Shown one piece after another: positions 29,998-40,240 of a DNA stretch of 64,000 bases. This stretch comes from Acidobacteriota bacterium (lineage in GTDB: Bacteria; Acidobacteriota; UBA6911; RPQK01; JAJDTT01). The position numbers and the translations under genes are program-made. The notes under the pieces were generated by a model. The model made no database searches. It was not told where the DNA came from and saw only the letters and a list, made by a program, of their open reading frames with translations. Location: positions 2,624,001 to 2,688,000 of the forward strand of contig OZ242374.1 in assembly GCA_965209055.1 (NCBI GenBank). Direction: 5' to 3'. The number at the start of each line of letters is the position of its first letter. Within the stretch, counting starts at the first letter, position 1.

Positions 29998-30801
29998 ATG
30001 AGTCAGATGAGTAGATTCGGATGTGCATTTTTGGCTTTGGGCCTGGCTGCGAGTTCGCTGGGCTGCAACCTTTTCACGCTCCTGGACAAACTCAGCGCCC
30101 GGGACGAACTCAACAAGGGTGTGAAAGCCTATTCCGGTCAAAAATTCGAAGAGGCGGTGACGCACCTCCAGAATGCTGTTGACCTGGACCCGGAGTTGAT
30201 CGACGCCGAGTTGTATCTGGCCACGACCTACCGGGTGCAGTACCAGCCCGGCGGTCAGAGCATGGACAATCTGCAGATGGCCCAGAAGGCCATCCAGATC
30301 TTCGAGAGAGTGCTGGCGAAAGATCCGGGCAATGAGAGTTCCATCGCGAACATTTCCGGTATCTACAACAGCATGGGCGACTACGACATGGCCAAGGAGT
30401 GGTACCGGAAGCAGATGGAAGTCAATCCAAGCAATCCGGAGCCGCTTTACGGAATCGGCACCATCGACTGGCAGCTTTCCTACGACCGGACCGGAATGAC
30501 CGGCGAAAACGTGGAGAATCTGACCGACGAGGAAAAGGCCGAAGTCAACGCCACCGTCGATGAGGGCGTGGAGGCCCTGAGGAAGGCCCTGGAAATCAAC
30601 CCGCAGTACACGGATGCCATGCAGTATCTGAACCTTCTCTACCGGGAGAAGGGCAAGTTGGCTTCTGACGAAGAAGAGAAAAACAACTGGGAGCTGGAAG
30701 CCGACAAGCTGGCCCTGGAGTCTCTCGAGATGAAGAGAATGCAGGAAGAAGAGGCCGAGCGGGCCAAGCGCACATTTACCGGCGCCACCGAGGCCGAATA
30801 A
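29998..30801 (+). CDS. TPR-repeat lipoprotein
   Basis: Lipobox SLGC, multiple TPR helices. Confidence 0.8.
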   Translation: MSQMSRFGCAFLALGLAASSLGCNLFTLLDKLSARDELNKGVKAYSGQKFEEAVTHLQNAVDLDPELIDAELYLATTYRVQYQPGGQSMDNLQMAQKAIQIFERVLAKDPGNESSIANISGIYNSMGDYDMAKEWYRKQMEVNPSNPEPLYGIGTIDWQLSYDRTGMTGENVENLTDEEKAEVNATVDEGVEALRKALEINPQYTDAMQYLNLLYREKGKLASDEEEKNNWELEADKLALESLEMKRMQEEEAERAKRTFTGATEAE

Positions 30802-31136
30802 GGGATCCTGCTCAAAGAACTGCTTTCCGGAGATTCCCCGACCGCGATTTCTGCAACGACCGCTGTTCGTGTGCCTGCCGGCGCTGTTTCTTCTTGGCGG
30901 GCGGCGGTCATATTCGCCGCACGTAATCTTCGCTGGCGGCGCGCGGCGCCGGCTGAACCCTCCTTGAACCGGTCCCAACCGGCATCCTCGCCTCAGCCGA
31001 TCACCTCCGGTGCCGGAGATGCCTCTGCGCAGCTTCCTCCTCCGTTCCACATCCGTGCTTGCCGGAACCCGGTTACGCCGCTTTCGTGGGTCTGTATACG
31101 GCGTGCCAAGGTGTTAGAATACCGGGCACAGGCGCC

Positions 31137-33302
31137 ATGATCCGTTACGAGGACTTGGAGGAGAAGGTCCTCAACCACTATCCCAGCGCAGACCTGGAGA
31201 GTCTTCGGAAGGCGTACGTCTTCTCTGCCCGGGAGCACAAGGACCAGGTCCGCCAGTCCGGGGAACCCTATCTTTCCCATCCCCTCGAGGTGGCCAACAT
31301 CCTGGCCGAGATGCGCCTCGATGAAGCCTGTGTCAGCGTCGGCCTGCTCCATGACGTCGTCGAGGACACTCTCACCCCCATCGAGATGATCCATGACTAT
31401 TTCGGCGAAGAGATCAGTCATCTGGTGGACGGCGTCACCAAAATCAGCCGGATTCAATTTTCTTCGCGGGAACAGCGTCAGGCCGAGAACTTCCGGAAAC
31501 TGCTTCTGGCCATGGTGGATGACGTCCGAGTCATCCTGGTCAAGCTGGCCGACCGGCTCCACAACATGCGGACGCTGCAGTATCTGGCTCCGAACAAGCG
31601 GCGCGACATCGCCCAGGAAACGCTCGACATCTACGCTCCGATCGCCCACCGTCTCGGCATGGCCAAGATCCGGGAAGAGTTGGAGGATCTGGCGTTCGCC
31701 AACCTGGACCAGTCCGCCTATCAGGACCTGACCGCCCAGATCGAGCAGAAGAAGATCGACAGCCGGGAGTTCATTCGAGACCTTTCGGCCCGGTTGGTGA
31801 AACAACTGGCGGAGCAGGGCATCAAGGCTCGGATCGAGAGTCGAACCAAGCGCATCTACAGCACCTATCAGAAGATGATGCGCCAGAAGATTCCCCTGGA
31901 TCAGGTCTACGACTTCATCGCCATTCGGGTCCTCGTGGATACGGTCCGCGATTGTTACTCCGTCCTGGGCCTGGTCAACAACCTCTGGCGTCCGGTGCCG
32001 AACCGCATCAAGGACTTCATCGCCATGCCCAGGGGCAACATGTACCAGTCTCTTCATACCAGCGTCGTGGGGTCCAACGGGCAGCCGTTCGAAGTCCAGA
32101 TCCGGACCTACGAAATGCATCACATAGCGGAAGAGGGAATCGCCGCTCATTGGAAATACAAGGAGGGCAGGCTTAACAACGACGACGAAGACAAACGCTT
32201 TACCTGGTTGCGCCAGCTATTGGAGACCTACCGGGAAGGCGACGATCCCAACCAGTTCCTGAGCAACCTCAAGATCGACCTCTACCCGGAAGAGGTCTAC
32301 ATCTTCACCCCCAAGGGGGAGGTGGTGACTCTTCCCCGCAGGGCGACGCCGGTGGACTTCGCCTACTACATTCACACCGAGGTGGGAAATCGATGCGTCG
32401 GGGCCAAAGTGAGCGGACGCATCGTTCCCCTGAAGTACGAGCTCAGGAACGGAGAGATGGTGGAGATCTCGACCTCGGGAGAGGGGCGCCCCAGCCGGGA
32501 CTGGCTCACCTTCGTCAGGACCTCCCGCGCCCGTAACGCGATCCGGCGATGGCTGAATCAGAGGCAGAAGGAGGAGGCGCTGGAGCTGGGCCGCAAGCTG
32601 TTGGAGAAGGAATCCCGGAGGCTCGGGCTCAGCCTCAAGAATCTTACGTCCCGTTTGGAGAGAGTGATCGAGGAATTCAAGGCTCCGGACGTCGAGAACC
32701 TTCTGATCAGTGTCGGGTACGGCAAGATTCGTGCCCGCCAGGTCGTCCGCCGGCTCGAGCCGGAAAAGGTTCCTCGGCAGAAGCCGGCCGGCGGCATTCC
32801 GTTTGGGGGCATCACCCAAAGATCGCCGTCATCCGATTCCGATTCGACCATCCGGGTCAAGGGACACGATGACCTGCTGGTTTTCCGGGCTCGATGCTGC
32901 AATCCCATCCAGGGGGAGCCGATTGTGGGTTACATCACGCTGGGGCGGGGTATTTCGGTGCATTCCCGGAATTGTCCCAACGTGGAGAACCTGCTCCTCA
33001 ATCCGGAACGGACGCTCGACGTCCAATGGAGTGACGGCGCCGGAGAGACCCGCTATCCCGTTCGTATTTCCATCTCCACCGAGGATCGTCCGGGGGTGCT
33101 GGCCGACATCACGTCCGCCGTGTCCGAATTGAAGACCAACATCGTCGACGCCCAGGCTCGCACCGTGGAAAGTCAGTTCGGTGAGATCGAGATCACCGTG
33201 GAAGTGCGAGACATGGGCCACTTGAACAAGATACTCCACTTTCTCAAGGGCATCTCCGGCGTGCACGCGGTTGACCGCACCCGGAGTGGGTCCGGGAATT
33301 AG
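31137..33302 (+). CDS. rel: Bifunctional (p)ppGpp synthetase/hydrolase Rel
   Basis: HDVVED, KLADRLHNMRT, YQSLHT, EVQIRT, TGS DFAYYIHT, CCNP, ACT domain. Confidence 0.97.
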   Translation: MIRYEDLEEKVLNHYPSADLESLRKAYVFSAREHKDQVRQSGEPYLSHPLEVANILAEMRLDEACVSVGLLHDVVEDTLTPIEMIHDYFGEEISHLVDGVTKISRIQFSSREQRQAENFRKLLLAMVDDVRVILVKLADRLHNMRTLQYLAPNKRRDIAQETLDIYAPIAHRLGMAKIREELEDLAFANLDQSAYQDLTAQIEQKKIDSREFIRDLSARLVKQLAEQGIKARIESRTKRIYSTYQKMMRQKIPLDQVYDFIAIRVLVDTVRDCYSVLGLVNNLWRPVPNRIKDFIAMPRGNMYQSLHTSVVGSNGQPFEVQIRTYEMHHIAEEGIAAHWKYKEGRLNNDDEDKRFTWLRQLLETYREGDDPNQFLSNLKIDLYPEEVYIFTPKGEVVTLPRRATPVDFAYYIHTEVGNRCVGAKVSGRIVPLKYELRNGEMVEISTSGEGRPSRDWLTFVRTSRARNAIRRWLNQRQKEEALELGRKLLEKESRRLGLSLKNLTSRLERVIEEFKAPDVENLLISVGYGKIRARQVVRRLEPEKVPRQKPAGGIPFGGITQRSPSSDSDSTIRVKGHDDLLVFRARCCNPIQGEPIVGYITLGRGISVHSRNCPNVENLLLNPERTLDVQWSDGAGETRYPVRISISTEDRPGVLADITSAVSELKTNIVDAQARTVESQFGEIEITVEVRDMGHLNKILHFLKGISGVHAVDRTRSGSGN

Positions 33303-33327
33303 AACTCCGGATGCCTGGGGGATCGCG

Positions 33328-33525
33328 TCAGCGGATGGCGGGCTTCAGAACAAGGCCGTTTTTCAGGCACTTGGCGCAGACGTAGACTCGGCGGGTGGTC
33401 CCGTTGATATTGGCGCGGACCCGCTGCAGATTGAGGCTCCACTTGCGACGGGACCGATTGTGGGCATGGGAAACCTTATTCCCGAATTGAGGCTTTTTAT
33501 CGCAGAACTGACAAACTTTCGCCAT
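33328..33525 (-). CDS. rpmB: 50S ribosomal protein L28
   Basis: MAKVCQFC, GNKVSHAHN, VCAKCLK. Confidence 0.95.
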   Translation of the reverse strand: MAKVCQFCDKKPQFGNKVSHAHNRSRRKWSLNLQRVRANINGTTRRVYVCAKCLKNGLVLKPAIR

Positions 33526-33755
33526 CGCTGAATCCGCTCGCGAGGAAGAGTTTTACCACTCTGGTCCGAAAGGTGTCAAGCCGCTCATCCGGTCGAAGAA
33601 CCGTCACCAGCTACCGGTAGAATGGCCCGATCCAGGTCAGTCGGTTCGGCGACTCTCCCACTCCGGAGCCAGGTGGCGCCATCCGCCGGTCTTCGTGTCA
33701 CGGTGATTTGCTCGTGGATCCGTTGTGGAGTTCGTTGTAAGGGTTGGAGTCCGAG

Positions 33756-34616
33756 ATGAAGATCGCTGTCATCGGGGCGGGGACCATGGGACGTGGAATT
33801 GCGCATGTCTGTGCGGGCCACGGCCACCAGGTCGCCCTCCAGGATGTCGATTCGGAGACCCTCGGAAACTCCATGGAATGGATCCGGCGTGGTCTGGAGA
33901 AGTCGCTGGAACGGGACTCCGGGGAAATGGGACCCGTCGCGGCGGTGCTGGATCGGATTCGGCCGACGACCGGTTGGGAGAGTACGGCCGGATCGGAGAT
34001 GGTCATCGAGGCCGTCGTGGAGAAATTCGAGCTGAAGCGGGAGGTCTTTCGCAAGCTGGGCGATCTGTGCGATTCCGGAGCCATTCTGGCCAGCAACACC
34101 TCTTCCATCCCCATTACGCGTCTGGCGGCCGTGACGAAACGTCCGGAGCGCGTCATCGGCATGCATTTCATGAATCCGGTCCCCAGGATGAAGCTGGTGG
34201 AAGTGATCCGGGGACTGCAGACGGACCAGGAGACGGTGGATTCTACCGTCGCTCTGGCCAAGCAACTGGGCAAGGTCCCGGTGGAGGTCCGGGACTTCCC
34301 CGGGTTCGTGACCAATCGGATTCTCATGCCCATGATCAATGAGGCGGTCACGGCATTGATGGAAGGGGTGGCCGAGGCGGAAGGCATCGATCGGATCATG
34401 CATTTGGGCATGAATCATCCCATGGGACCCTTGCGGCTGGCCGACCTCATCGGTCTGGACGTCTGCCTGCACGTCATGGAGGTCCTGTTCGATGGTTTCA
34501 AGGATCCCAAGTATCGACCTTGCCCGCTCTTGAGACAGATGGTGGACGCCGGATGGTTGGGCCGAAAGACCGGACGGGGTTTCTATACATACCCGGGTCT
34601 TGGTGAAAGACCCTGA
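33756..34616 (+). CDS. 3-hydroxybutyryl-CoA dehydrogenase
   Basis: [40 protein letters not shown]. Confidence 0.93.
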   Translation: MKIAVIGAGTMGRGIAHVCAGHGHQVALQDVDSETLGNSMEWIRRGLEKSLERDSGEMGPVAAVLDRIRPTTGWESTAGSEMVIEAVVEKFELKREVFRKLGDLCDSGAILASNTSSIPITRLAAVTKRPERVIGMHFMNPVPRMKLVEVIRGLQTDQETVDSTVALAKQLGKVPVEVRDFPGFVTNRILMPMINEAVTALMEGVAEAEGIDRIMHLGMNHPMGPLRLADLIGLDVCLHVMEVLFDGFKDPKYRPCPLLRQMVDAGWLGRKTGRGFYTYPGLGERP

Positions 34617-34675
34617 AAGGAAGGGTGATGAAAGGAAGAGTGATGAAGGGAAAGAGGATGGACGGTCGAGTGATG
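34614..34675 (+). repeat. Degenerate 15-bp tandem repeat (4 units) at the recA start
   Basis: TGAAAGGAAGGGTGA/TGAAAGGAAGAGTGA/TGAAGGGAAAGAGGA/TGGACGGTCGAGTGA, with in-frame ATGs at 34628, 34643, 34658, 34673. Confidence 0.6.
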
Positions 34676-35698
34676 GACCAGAAACAGAGGCAAAGGGCGA
34701 TCGACATGGCGTTGACCCAGATCGAACGGCAGTTCGGGAAGGGTTCGATCATGAAGCTGGGGGACCGGTCCAGGATGGACATCCCGGTGATCTCTTCCGG
34801 GTCCATATCCCTGGACTCGGCGCTGGGAATCGGCGGCTTTCCCCGAGGGCGGGTGATCGAGATCTACGGACCCGAGTCCAGCGGCAAGACCACCATCGCT
34901 CTTCACGTGATCGCAGAGGCCCAGAAGGCAGGCGGGACGGCGGCATTCATCGACGCGGAACATGCCATGGATCCCAGGTACGCCTCGAATCTGGGCGTGA
35001 AGGTGGACGACCTCCTGGTCTCCCAGCCCGACTTTGGAGAACAGGCCCTGGAAATTGCCGAGGTCCTGGTGAGAAGCGGGGCTCTGGACGTGGTCGTAGT
35101 CGATTCGGTCGCGGCGCTGGTGCCCCGGGCGGAGTTGGAGGGTGAAATGGGCGATCCTCACATGGGCTTGCAGGCCAGGCTCATGTCCCAGGCGCTCCGG
35201 AAGCTCACCGCCATCGTCTCCAAGTCCCGGACCAGCCTGGTTTTCATCAATCAGGTGCGACAGAAAATCGGCGTCATGTTCGGCAACCCCGAGACCACCA
35301 CGGGGGGGCGGGCCCTCAAGTTCTACTCCTCGATCCGCCTGGAAATCCGCCGGATCGCGGCCATCAAGGAAGGGGATCAGAACGTCGGGAACCGGACCCG
35401 GGCCAAAGTCGTGAAGAACAAGTTGGCGCCCCCGTTCCGGCAAGCCGAGTTCGACATCGCCTTCGGTTTGGGAATCTCCAAGGAAGGGGAGCTTCTGGAC
35501 CTCGCCGTGGCCCAGGGGGTCGCCCAGAAGAGCGGCGCCTGGTTCTCCTACGGACGGGAACGTCTCGGCCAGGGCCGCGAGAACGCCAAGCGGTATCTCA
35601 GAGACAACCAGGAGGCGTTTCGCGAAATCGAGCACAAGGTCAAGATCAAGCTGGGCATCATCAAACCCCTGAAAAAGGTGGAATCCGCCGGAAAATAG
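34673..35698 (+). CDS. recA: Recombinase RecA
   Basis: [41 protein letters not shown]. Confidence 0.98.
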   Translation: MDQKQRQRAIDMALTQIERQFGKGSIMKLGDRSRMDIPVISSGSISLDSALGIGGFPRGRVIEIYGPESSGKTTIALHVIAEAQKAGGTAAFIDAEHAMDPRYASNLGVKVDDLLVSQPDFGEQALEIAEVLVRSGALDVVVVDSVAALVPRAELEGEMGDPHMGLQARLMSQALRKLTAIVSKSRTSLVFINQVRQKIGVMFGNPETTTGGRALKFYSSIRLEIRRIAAIKEGDQNVGNRTRAKVVKNKLAPPFRQAEFDIAFGLGISKEGELLDLAVAQGVAQKSGAWFSYGRERLGQGRENAKRYLRDNQEAFREIEHKVKIKLGIIKPLKKVESAGK

Positions 35699-35834
35699 GA
35701 GCGGAGACTTTCCTGTCCCCTCCCTCTTCATCCGGGACGGTGGACATTCTCCGCTCCCTGTTCATCAACGCCCACCCCAGACCGAAACCCTTGGCGGCTG
35801 AAGGCGGCGGCTGCTAAGATCGTTCGGTCCCGGT

Positions 35835-35909
35835 TCGGGGGTCGTCCAATTGGTAGGACAGCGGCCTTTGGAGCCGCCGATCCAGGTTCGAGTCCTGGCC
35901 CCCGAGCCA
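35835..35909 (+). tRNA. tRNA-Gln(TTG)
   Basis: TCGGGGG/CCCCCGA acceptor, GCGGC-CT-TTG-GA-GCCGC anticodon arm, GGTTCGAGTCC, CCA. Confidence 0.96.
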
Positions 35910-35972
35910 TGTCTTCTTCTTGCAGATCAGGCAACGCTTCCGTTACCCGCGGCGGTTCAGACTGAGGACCGG

Positions 35973-36341
35973 TCAGATGCACGCCGCGCAGCGACCAAAG
36001 AGAATCAGCTCGTGGCCGTCGACCTCGAAACCCTCCGGTGCCAGCTCCTCGACTTTGTCCGGACACCTGTCGACGTCGAACACCAGATCGCAAACTCGGC
36101 AGAGGAAGTGGTGGTGATGCGGACGCTCGGCCAGTTCATACCGGAGCCCGGCGCCCGGAAGCTCCACTTCCGACAACCACCCCTCGCCCGTGAGGATCTT
36201 CACGTACCGGTAGACGGTGGCCAGCCCGAGTGACGGCATCATCTGTTGGCCGTGCTTGAGGACCTCTCCGGCCGTGAGGGGGCGCCCGGCATTCATGAAA
36301 ACCCGGCGGATTACTCGGCGCTGTCGGGTGTCTCGTTGCAT
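35973..36341 (-). CDS. Fur-family metal-responsive repressor
   Basis: TRQR, GLATVYR, HHHHFLCRVC, GRCAAC. Confidence 0.92.
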   Translation of the reverse strand: MQRDTRQRRVIRRVFMNAGRPLTAGEVLKHGQQMMPSLGLATVYRYVKILTGEGWLSEVELPGAGLRYELAERPHHHHFLCRVCDLVFDVDRCPDKVEELAPEGFEVDGHELILFGRCAACI

Positions 36342-36428
36342 CGAGGTTGGCGTTATCGATGGAATCGTTTCGTGACAAACGATATCGACAGGGGGCGAGC
36401 GACCCACCGCTGACGATCGTCGTCACTC

Positions 36429-36851
36429 TCAGCGATCTGCTTGCTCCTCGTCGGCGCATACTGCGCACGCGTCCGCCTGGCAGACACGGGCACTCTGCAA
36501 CAGGGCGGCTGCCAGGATCAGACTGCCGGAAGCCGACGTGACGGTTTCCGGCAGCGGCTCGAGCCAACCGGCGAGGGAGGCTGCCCAGAGTGCTGCCCCT
36601 CCAAGGAAGGTGAGGACCACGGCAGCGTTCCGGCAAGCCGAGCCCAGCGCGAGCATGACCCCGCCGAGAAAGACCGTCCCGAACCACACGGCTCGTTCGA
36701 CACCTTCGGAGAGCGCAAGTGCGGGTGCCGCCGCGACCAGGAACGGCGTGAGTGCGCAGTGCAGGCCACACCAAGCCGCAGCACACGCCGTGAGTCGCGA
36801 GCCGGTCGCCAGATGCGTGTTCGACGGGACTGTTACGAGACTGTTCCTCAT
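36429..36851 (-). CDS. MerC-domain membrane protein
   Basis: AAWCGLHCALTP, four TM helices, C-terminal CxxC. Confidence 0.75.
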   Translation of the reverse strand: MRNSLVTVPSNTHLATGSRLTACAAAWCGLHCALTPFLVAAAPALALSEGVERAVWFGTVFLGGVMLALGSACRNAAVVLTFLGGAALWAASLAGWLEPLPETVTSASGSLILAAALLQSARVCQADACAVCADEEQADR

Positions 36852-36905
36852 GGTTTCGAGTCGGAGTTAGCGGCGGAAAAGCAACATGTGAATGCCTGAG
36901 CCGTA

Positions 36906-36923
36906 ATGATAATTCATTCTCAT
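36906..36923. promoter_or_regulatory. Fur/Zur-box-like palindrome
   Basis: ATGATAAT-TC-ATTCTCAT, AT-rich dyad ~55 bp upstream of the merC-like start. Confidence 0.55.
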
Positions 36924-37071
36924 CTATTTGTCACGAGTGCGGACCGCGGCGCCTCAGGTCCGCTGCGCGTGATTCCAGCACGGCACGAGTTGAGGACGAG
37001 GCTCATGGGTTCAACAAGCTTGAGTTGATCGAAGATGCCTGATTGATGGCTATGAGGCGCTATGGCTGGGT

Positions 37072-38841
37072 TTAACCGTGGTGGCCCTTGAGCGAGATCT
37101 CTCCGACGAAGCCTCTGACGCCCCGTTTCAGCAGCGAATACGTGTAGAGGCCCGCCAGCAGGATCAGGCAAAGAAGTTCCAGGTTGGCGGGAGCGCCGGC
37201 TGCGGGACCCTCCAGCGCCGTGGCCGGGATCTCGGGCAGGATCGCGTTGGTCAGATATCCCATCGCCACCGCAAGCAGGATGATGGTGACACTGAAACAG
37301 AGGGCGATCCTGCGGCCGTGGAGTTGTGCCAGGACACCGAAGGTGGTCACGTTTGTGGCGGGTCCGGTCAGGAGAAAAGCCAGCGCCGCGCCTGGGGAGA
37401 CTCCCTTGAAAAGGAGGACCGCGACGAACGGGGTGGCGCTGGAGGCGCAGACGTAAGTGGGAAGCCCGAGTATGGCGAACGCCGGGATCTCCAACGCCGC
37501 GGGCAATCGCTGGAGCCAGCTCGTCGGCAGGAACGCCTCCACCACAGCCGCCAAAACCAGGCCGAAGACGATCCAGGGTGCGGTGTGATCGACGGCATCC
37601 CCGAATCCGTTCGAGAGGCCCTGCCGAATTTTCTGACCCAGGGGTAGCGAAGCCGGGCTTCCACAATATTCCTCCGACTCGGTTTGGCTGCCAAGACGCG
37701 GCACCAGGCGTCCCACGATCCATCCCACGAGCAGGGCCACCAAGGCAGCGGCGGCGACGCGAACGATGGTCATTTTTCCCCCCAAGAGGGGGATGGAGAG
37801 AAGGACCGCATCGAGTCCCAACTCCGGTGTCGAGATGAGAAATGCCATGGCCGCCGTAGCGGGAGCACCGCTCCGGACCAGGGTCCGATACAGGGGGACC
37901 ACACCACAGGAGCAGATCGGGAAGGGCAGGCCGACGGCCATTCCCCGCATCGCCTGGTTCCACTGCCGGCCGCGGCGCATCCAGGCGATGGAGGATCGGG
38001 TCAGGAAGGAGCTCATGAATCCCGCAACCAGGTAGGCGATCAGCAGTGCGGGAGCTCCCTTCAGAGCCAGTTGGAAGAAGGTCGAGACGATTCGCTCCCC
38101 GGCGGCCGCGTGAGGCATATGCTCGATCTGAAACAGGGCCGTCAGCAGAACCACTCCCAGCAACGAGCCCGCGCCCGAGACCCATCTCTGCATCCCGGAT
38201 CCGGCAGGGACGAGGTCACCGATCCTGGACCGTGTCAGTTGCAGGGTCGCATGGAGCAGGAATCCCGCCGTGAGCGCCTGGAACCAATCCGCGCTCTGTC
38301 CGTACGGGTCGGCGAGGACTCCAGGTCCCCAAAAGAAGCCCAAGCCGGTGCCGAGCAGGATGGGCGCCAAAGCGCCAGCCGCTACCCAGGAGCCGTACCG
38401 CGGCCGCAACAGCCACCAGACAGTGAGACCCACTGGGAAAAGGGGCGAGACGACAACCGAAGGGAGAAGATTCCAGCCGGATTCGCCACCGTAGTCGTGT
38501 GCGCTGATGACGCCACCGTCCATCGCCGAGTGCAAACAGAGGCCCAGCAAGCCGAGAGCCAAGGCCGTCAGGTGAGCGCGAACCGTCCTCTCAGGATAGA
38601 ACCGCTTGGCCAGGCCGGGAGCCAATATCCCTGCCAGAAAGAAGAAAACGGCCTCCCAGTGGCCTCGGATGAGGATCGGCAGCAGGATGCTCAGGAACAA
38701 CACACCGGGCATGGTTACGAAGATGAACCCATCCAGGAGGATCTGCATCCTCCCGTGGGCTCGCGCCAAATGGCAGATGAACGGTCCCAGGCAGAGACTC
38801 AGCAAGCTGGCCAGCAGCAGTTGACTCTCGCCGGTGCTCAA
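37072..38841 (-). CDS. ArsP_1/DUF318 permease with an extra N-terminal multi-TM domain
   Basis: PICSCGVVP, AFLISTPELG, YVCASSATP, FLLTGPATN; N-terminal LHSAMDG and LLH. Confidence 0.8.
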   Translation of the reverse strand: MSTGESQLLLASLLSLCLGPFICHLARAHGRMQILLDGFIFVTMPGVLFLSILLPILIRGHWEAVFFFLAGILAPGLAKRFYPERTVRAHLTALALGLLGLCLHSAMDGGVISAHDYGGESGWNLLPSVVVSPLFPVGLTVWWLLRPRYGSWVAAGALAPILLGTGLGFFWGPGVLADPYGQSADWFQALTAGFLLHATLQLTRSRIGDLVPAGSGMQRWVSGAGSLLGVVLLTALFQIEHMPHAAAGERIVSTFFQLALKGAPALLIAYLVAGFMSSFLTRSSIAWMRRGRQWNQAMRGMAVGLPFPICSCGVVPLYRTLVRSGAPATAAMAFLISTPELGLDAVLLSIPLLGGKMTIVRVAAAALVALLVGWIVGRLVPRLGSQTESEEYCGSPASLPLGQKIRQGLSNGFGDAVDHTAPWIVFGLVLAAVVEAFLPTSWLQRLPAALEIPAFAILGLPTYVCASSATPFVAVLLFKGVSPGAALAFLLTGPATNVTTFGVLAQLHGRRIALCFSVTIILLAVAMGYLTNAILPEIPATALEGPAAGAPANLELLCLILLAGLYTYSLLKRGVRGFVGEISLKGHHG

Positions 38842-39075
38842 AATTCCCGTCCAGTTCGTGGAAACGACCGATGTTTACCTATCGTCCTGTTGTCAGGAAT
38901 GTGGATTATATCTGGTTGGAGACGGGATACCCACTGGTCCGGGACCAATCTCAGGGTTCCTGCGGCAGGATCGGTAGAGCAGGAATCGAAACTCAATCCA
39001 GAAACCGGAACGTTTCTCGAACCGGAAGAATTAATCGCCCAAAGCTGGTAGTTTCCATCCAGGAGAGCGAAAACG

Positions 39076-40203
39076 ATGCGGCCGCCGTCTCTGTTTCCCA
39101 CCACTGTCGTCGGCAGCCTTCCCCGGCCCCAATGGGTCATGGACCTCTTCGCCCAGGAGATTTCGGGACAGGTCGTTCCGGAGACCTTCCAGTCCCGCCT
39201 CGACAGTGCGGTCCTCTACGCCATCCAGCTCCAGGAAATGGCCGGGGTCGACATCATCAGCGATGGCGAATACCGGCGCGAGAGCTACGTCAAGATCTTC
39301 GCGCAAAGCGTGGGGGGATTCGAGAGGGACCTGCTGGACGGCTCGGCGATTCTGGATGACGGCCAGTTCTACGACAGCCGGGCCCGCCGGGTGGTGACGC
39401 CCTCCCAGGCCGAGTCTCCGCTTCGCTATCCGGCGGTGGTCCGCCCTGTCGAGGCCGGCCGTCCGGTGGTCCTGGACGAAGCCAGGTTCCTGCTGAACCA
39501 CACCTCGCTGCCGGTCAAGGTGACCCTGCCCTCGCCCTACATTCTGGCCCGGCGCCTCTGGCATCCCGATTATTCCCGCGACGCCTATCCGACCCGGCAG
39601 GATTTTCTGAATGACATCATCCCGGTTCTGCGCCGGGAAGTGCGTGAGCTGGAGGCCCTGGGGGTCTATTTCATCCAGTTGGACGATCCGTGGCTCTCGC
39701 TCTTCGTGGACGAAGGCTACCGGAGCCATTTCGAAGCCGTGGAGCGGGAGATCCAAACCAGCATCGACTGCATCAACCAGGTCGTTTCGGACACCCGGCA
39801 GGCCAAGACCGGAGTCCACTTCTGCCGGGCCCATTACAATCGCAGTACCGGGTTCAGAGGAGACTATTCCTATCTCCTCCCCTACCTGAAGGACCTTCGA
39901 GTCGACCAGTTGGTCATGGAATTCGCTCTGCCCAACGCCGGATCTCTGGAGGTTCTGGAGGCGTTTCCGGAACATCTGGAATTGGGACTGGGTTGCGTCG
40001 ACGTCCGGGCCGAGGAAATTCCCCCGCCCGCCCGGATCGTGGAGATGGTGCGCCAGGCGGTCCGCTACGTGGGGCGCGAGAGGATCACTCTGAATCCCGA
40101 TTGCGGCTTCGCTCCCTCCAACACCAACCCGATTCCCGTGGACGAAGCGTACCGCAAGCTCAAGGCCATGGCCGAGGCGGCCCGCCGGCTGAGAGAGGAG
40201 TAA
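39076..40203 (+). CDS. Cobalamin-independent methionine synthase II family (single barrel)
   Basis: TVVGSLPRP, SDGEYRR, IQLDDP, HFC, PDCGF. Confidence 0.85.
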   Translation: MRPPSLFPTTVVGSLPRPQWVMDLFAQEISGQVVPETFQSRLDSAVLYAIQLQEMAGVDIISDGEYRRESYVKIFAQSVGGFERDLLDGSAILDDGQFYDSRARRVVTPSQAESPLRYPAVVRPVEAGRPVVLDEARFLLNHTSLPVKVTLPSPYILARRLWHPDYSRDAYPTRQDFLNDIIPVLRREVRELEALGVYFIQLDDPWLSLFVDEGYRSHFEAVEREIQTSIDCINQVVSDTRQAKTGVHFCRAHYNRSTGFRGDYSYLLPYLKDLRVDQLVMEFALPNAGSLEVLEAFPEHLELGLGCVDVRAEEIPPPARIVEMVRQAVRYVGRERITLNPDCGFAPSNTNPIPVDEAYRKLKAMAEAARRLREE

Positions 40204-40240
40204 TGGAGTTGCCACGGGGTGAAGAGGAGGCCTGTAGCAG

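Noticed and set aside
35880-35909. tRNA-Gln as attachment site of a genomic island
   Set aside because: No duplicate of the tRNA 3' end seen in the window and no adjacent integrase.
38842-39075. SAM or cobalamin riboswitch upstream of the MetE-like gene
   Set aside because: No SAM-I or B12-box consensus recognised by eye; an Rfam scan would be decisive.
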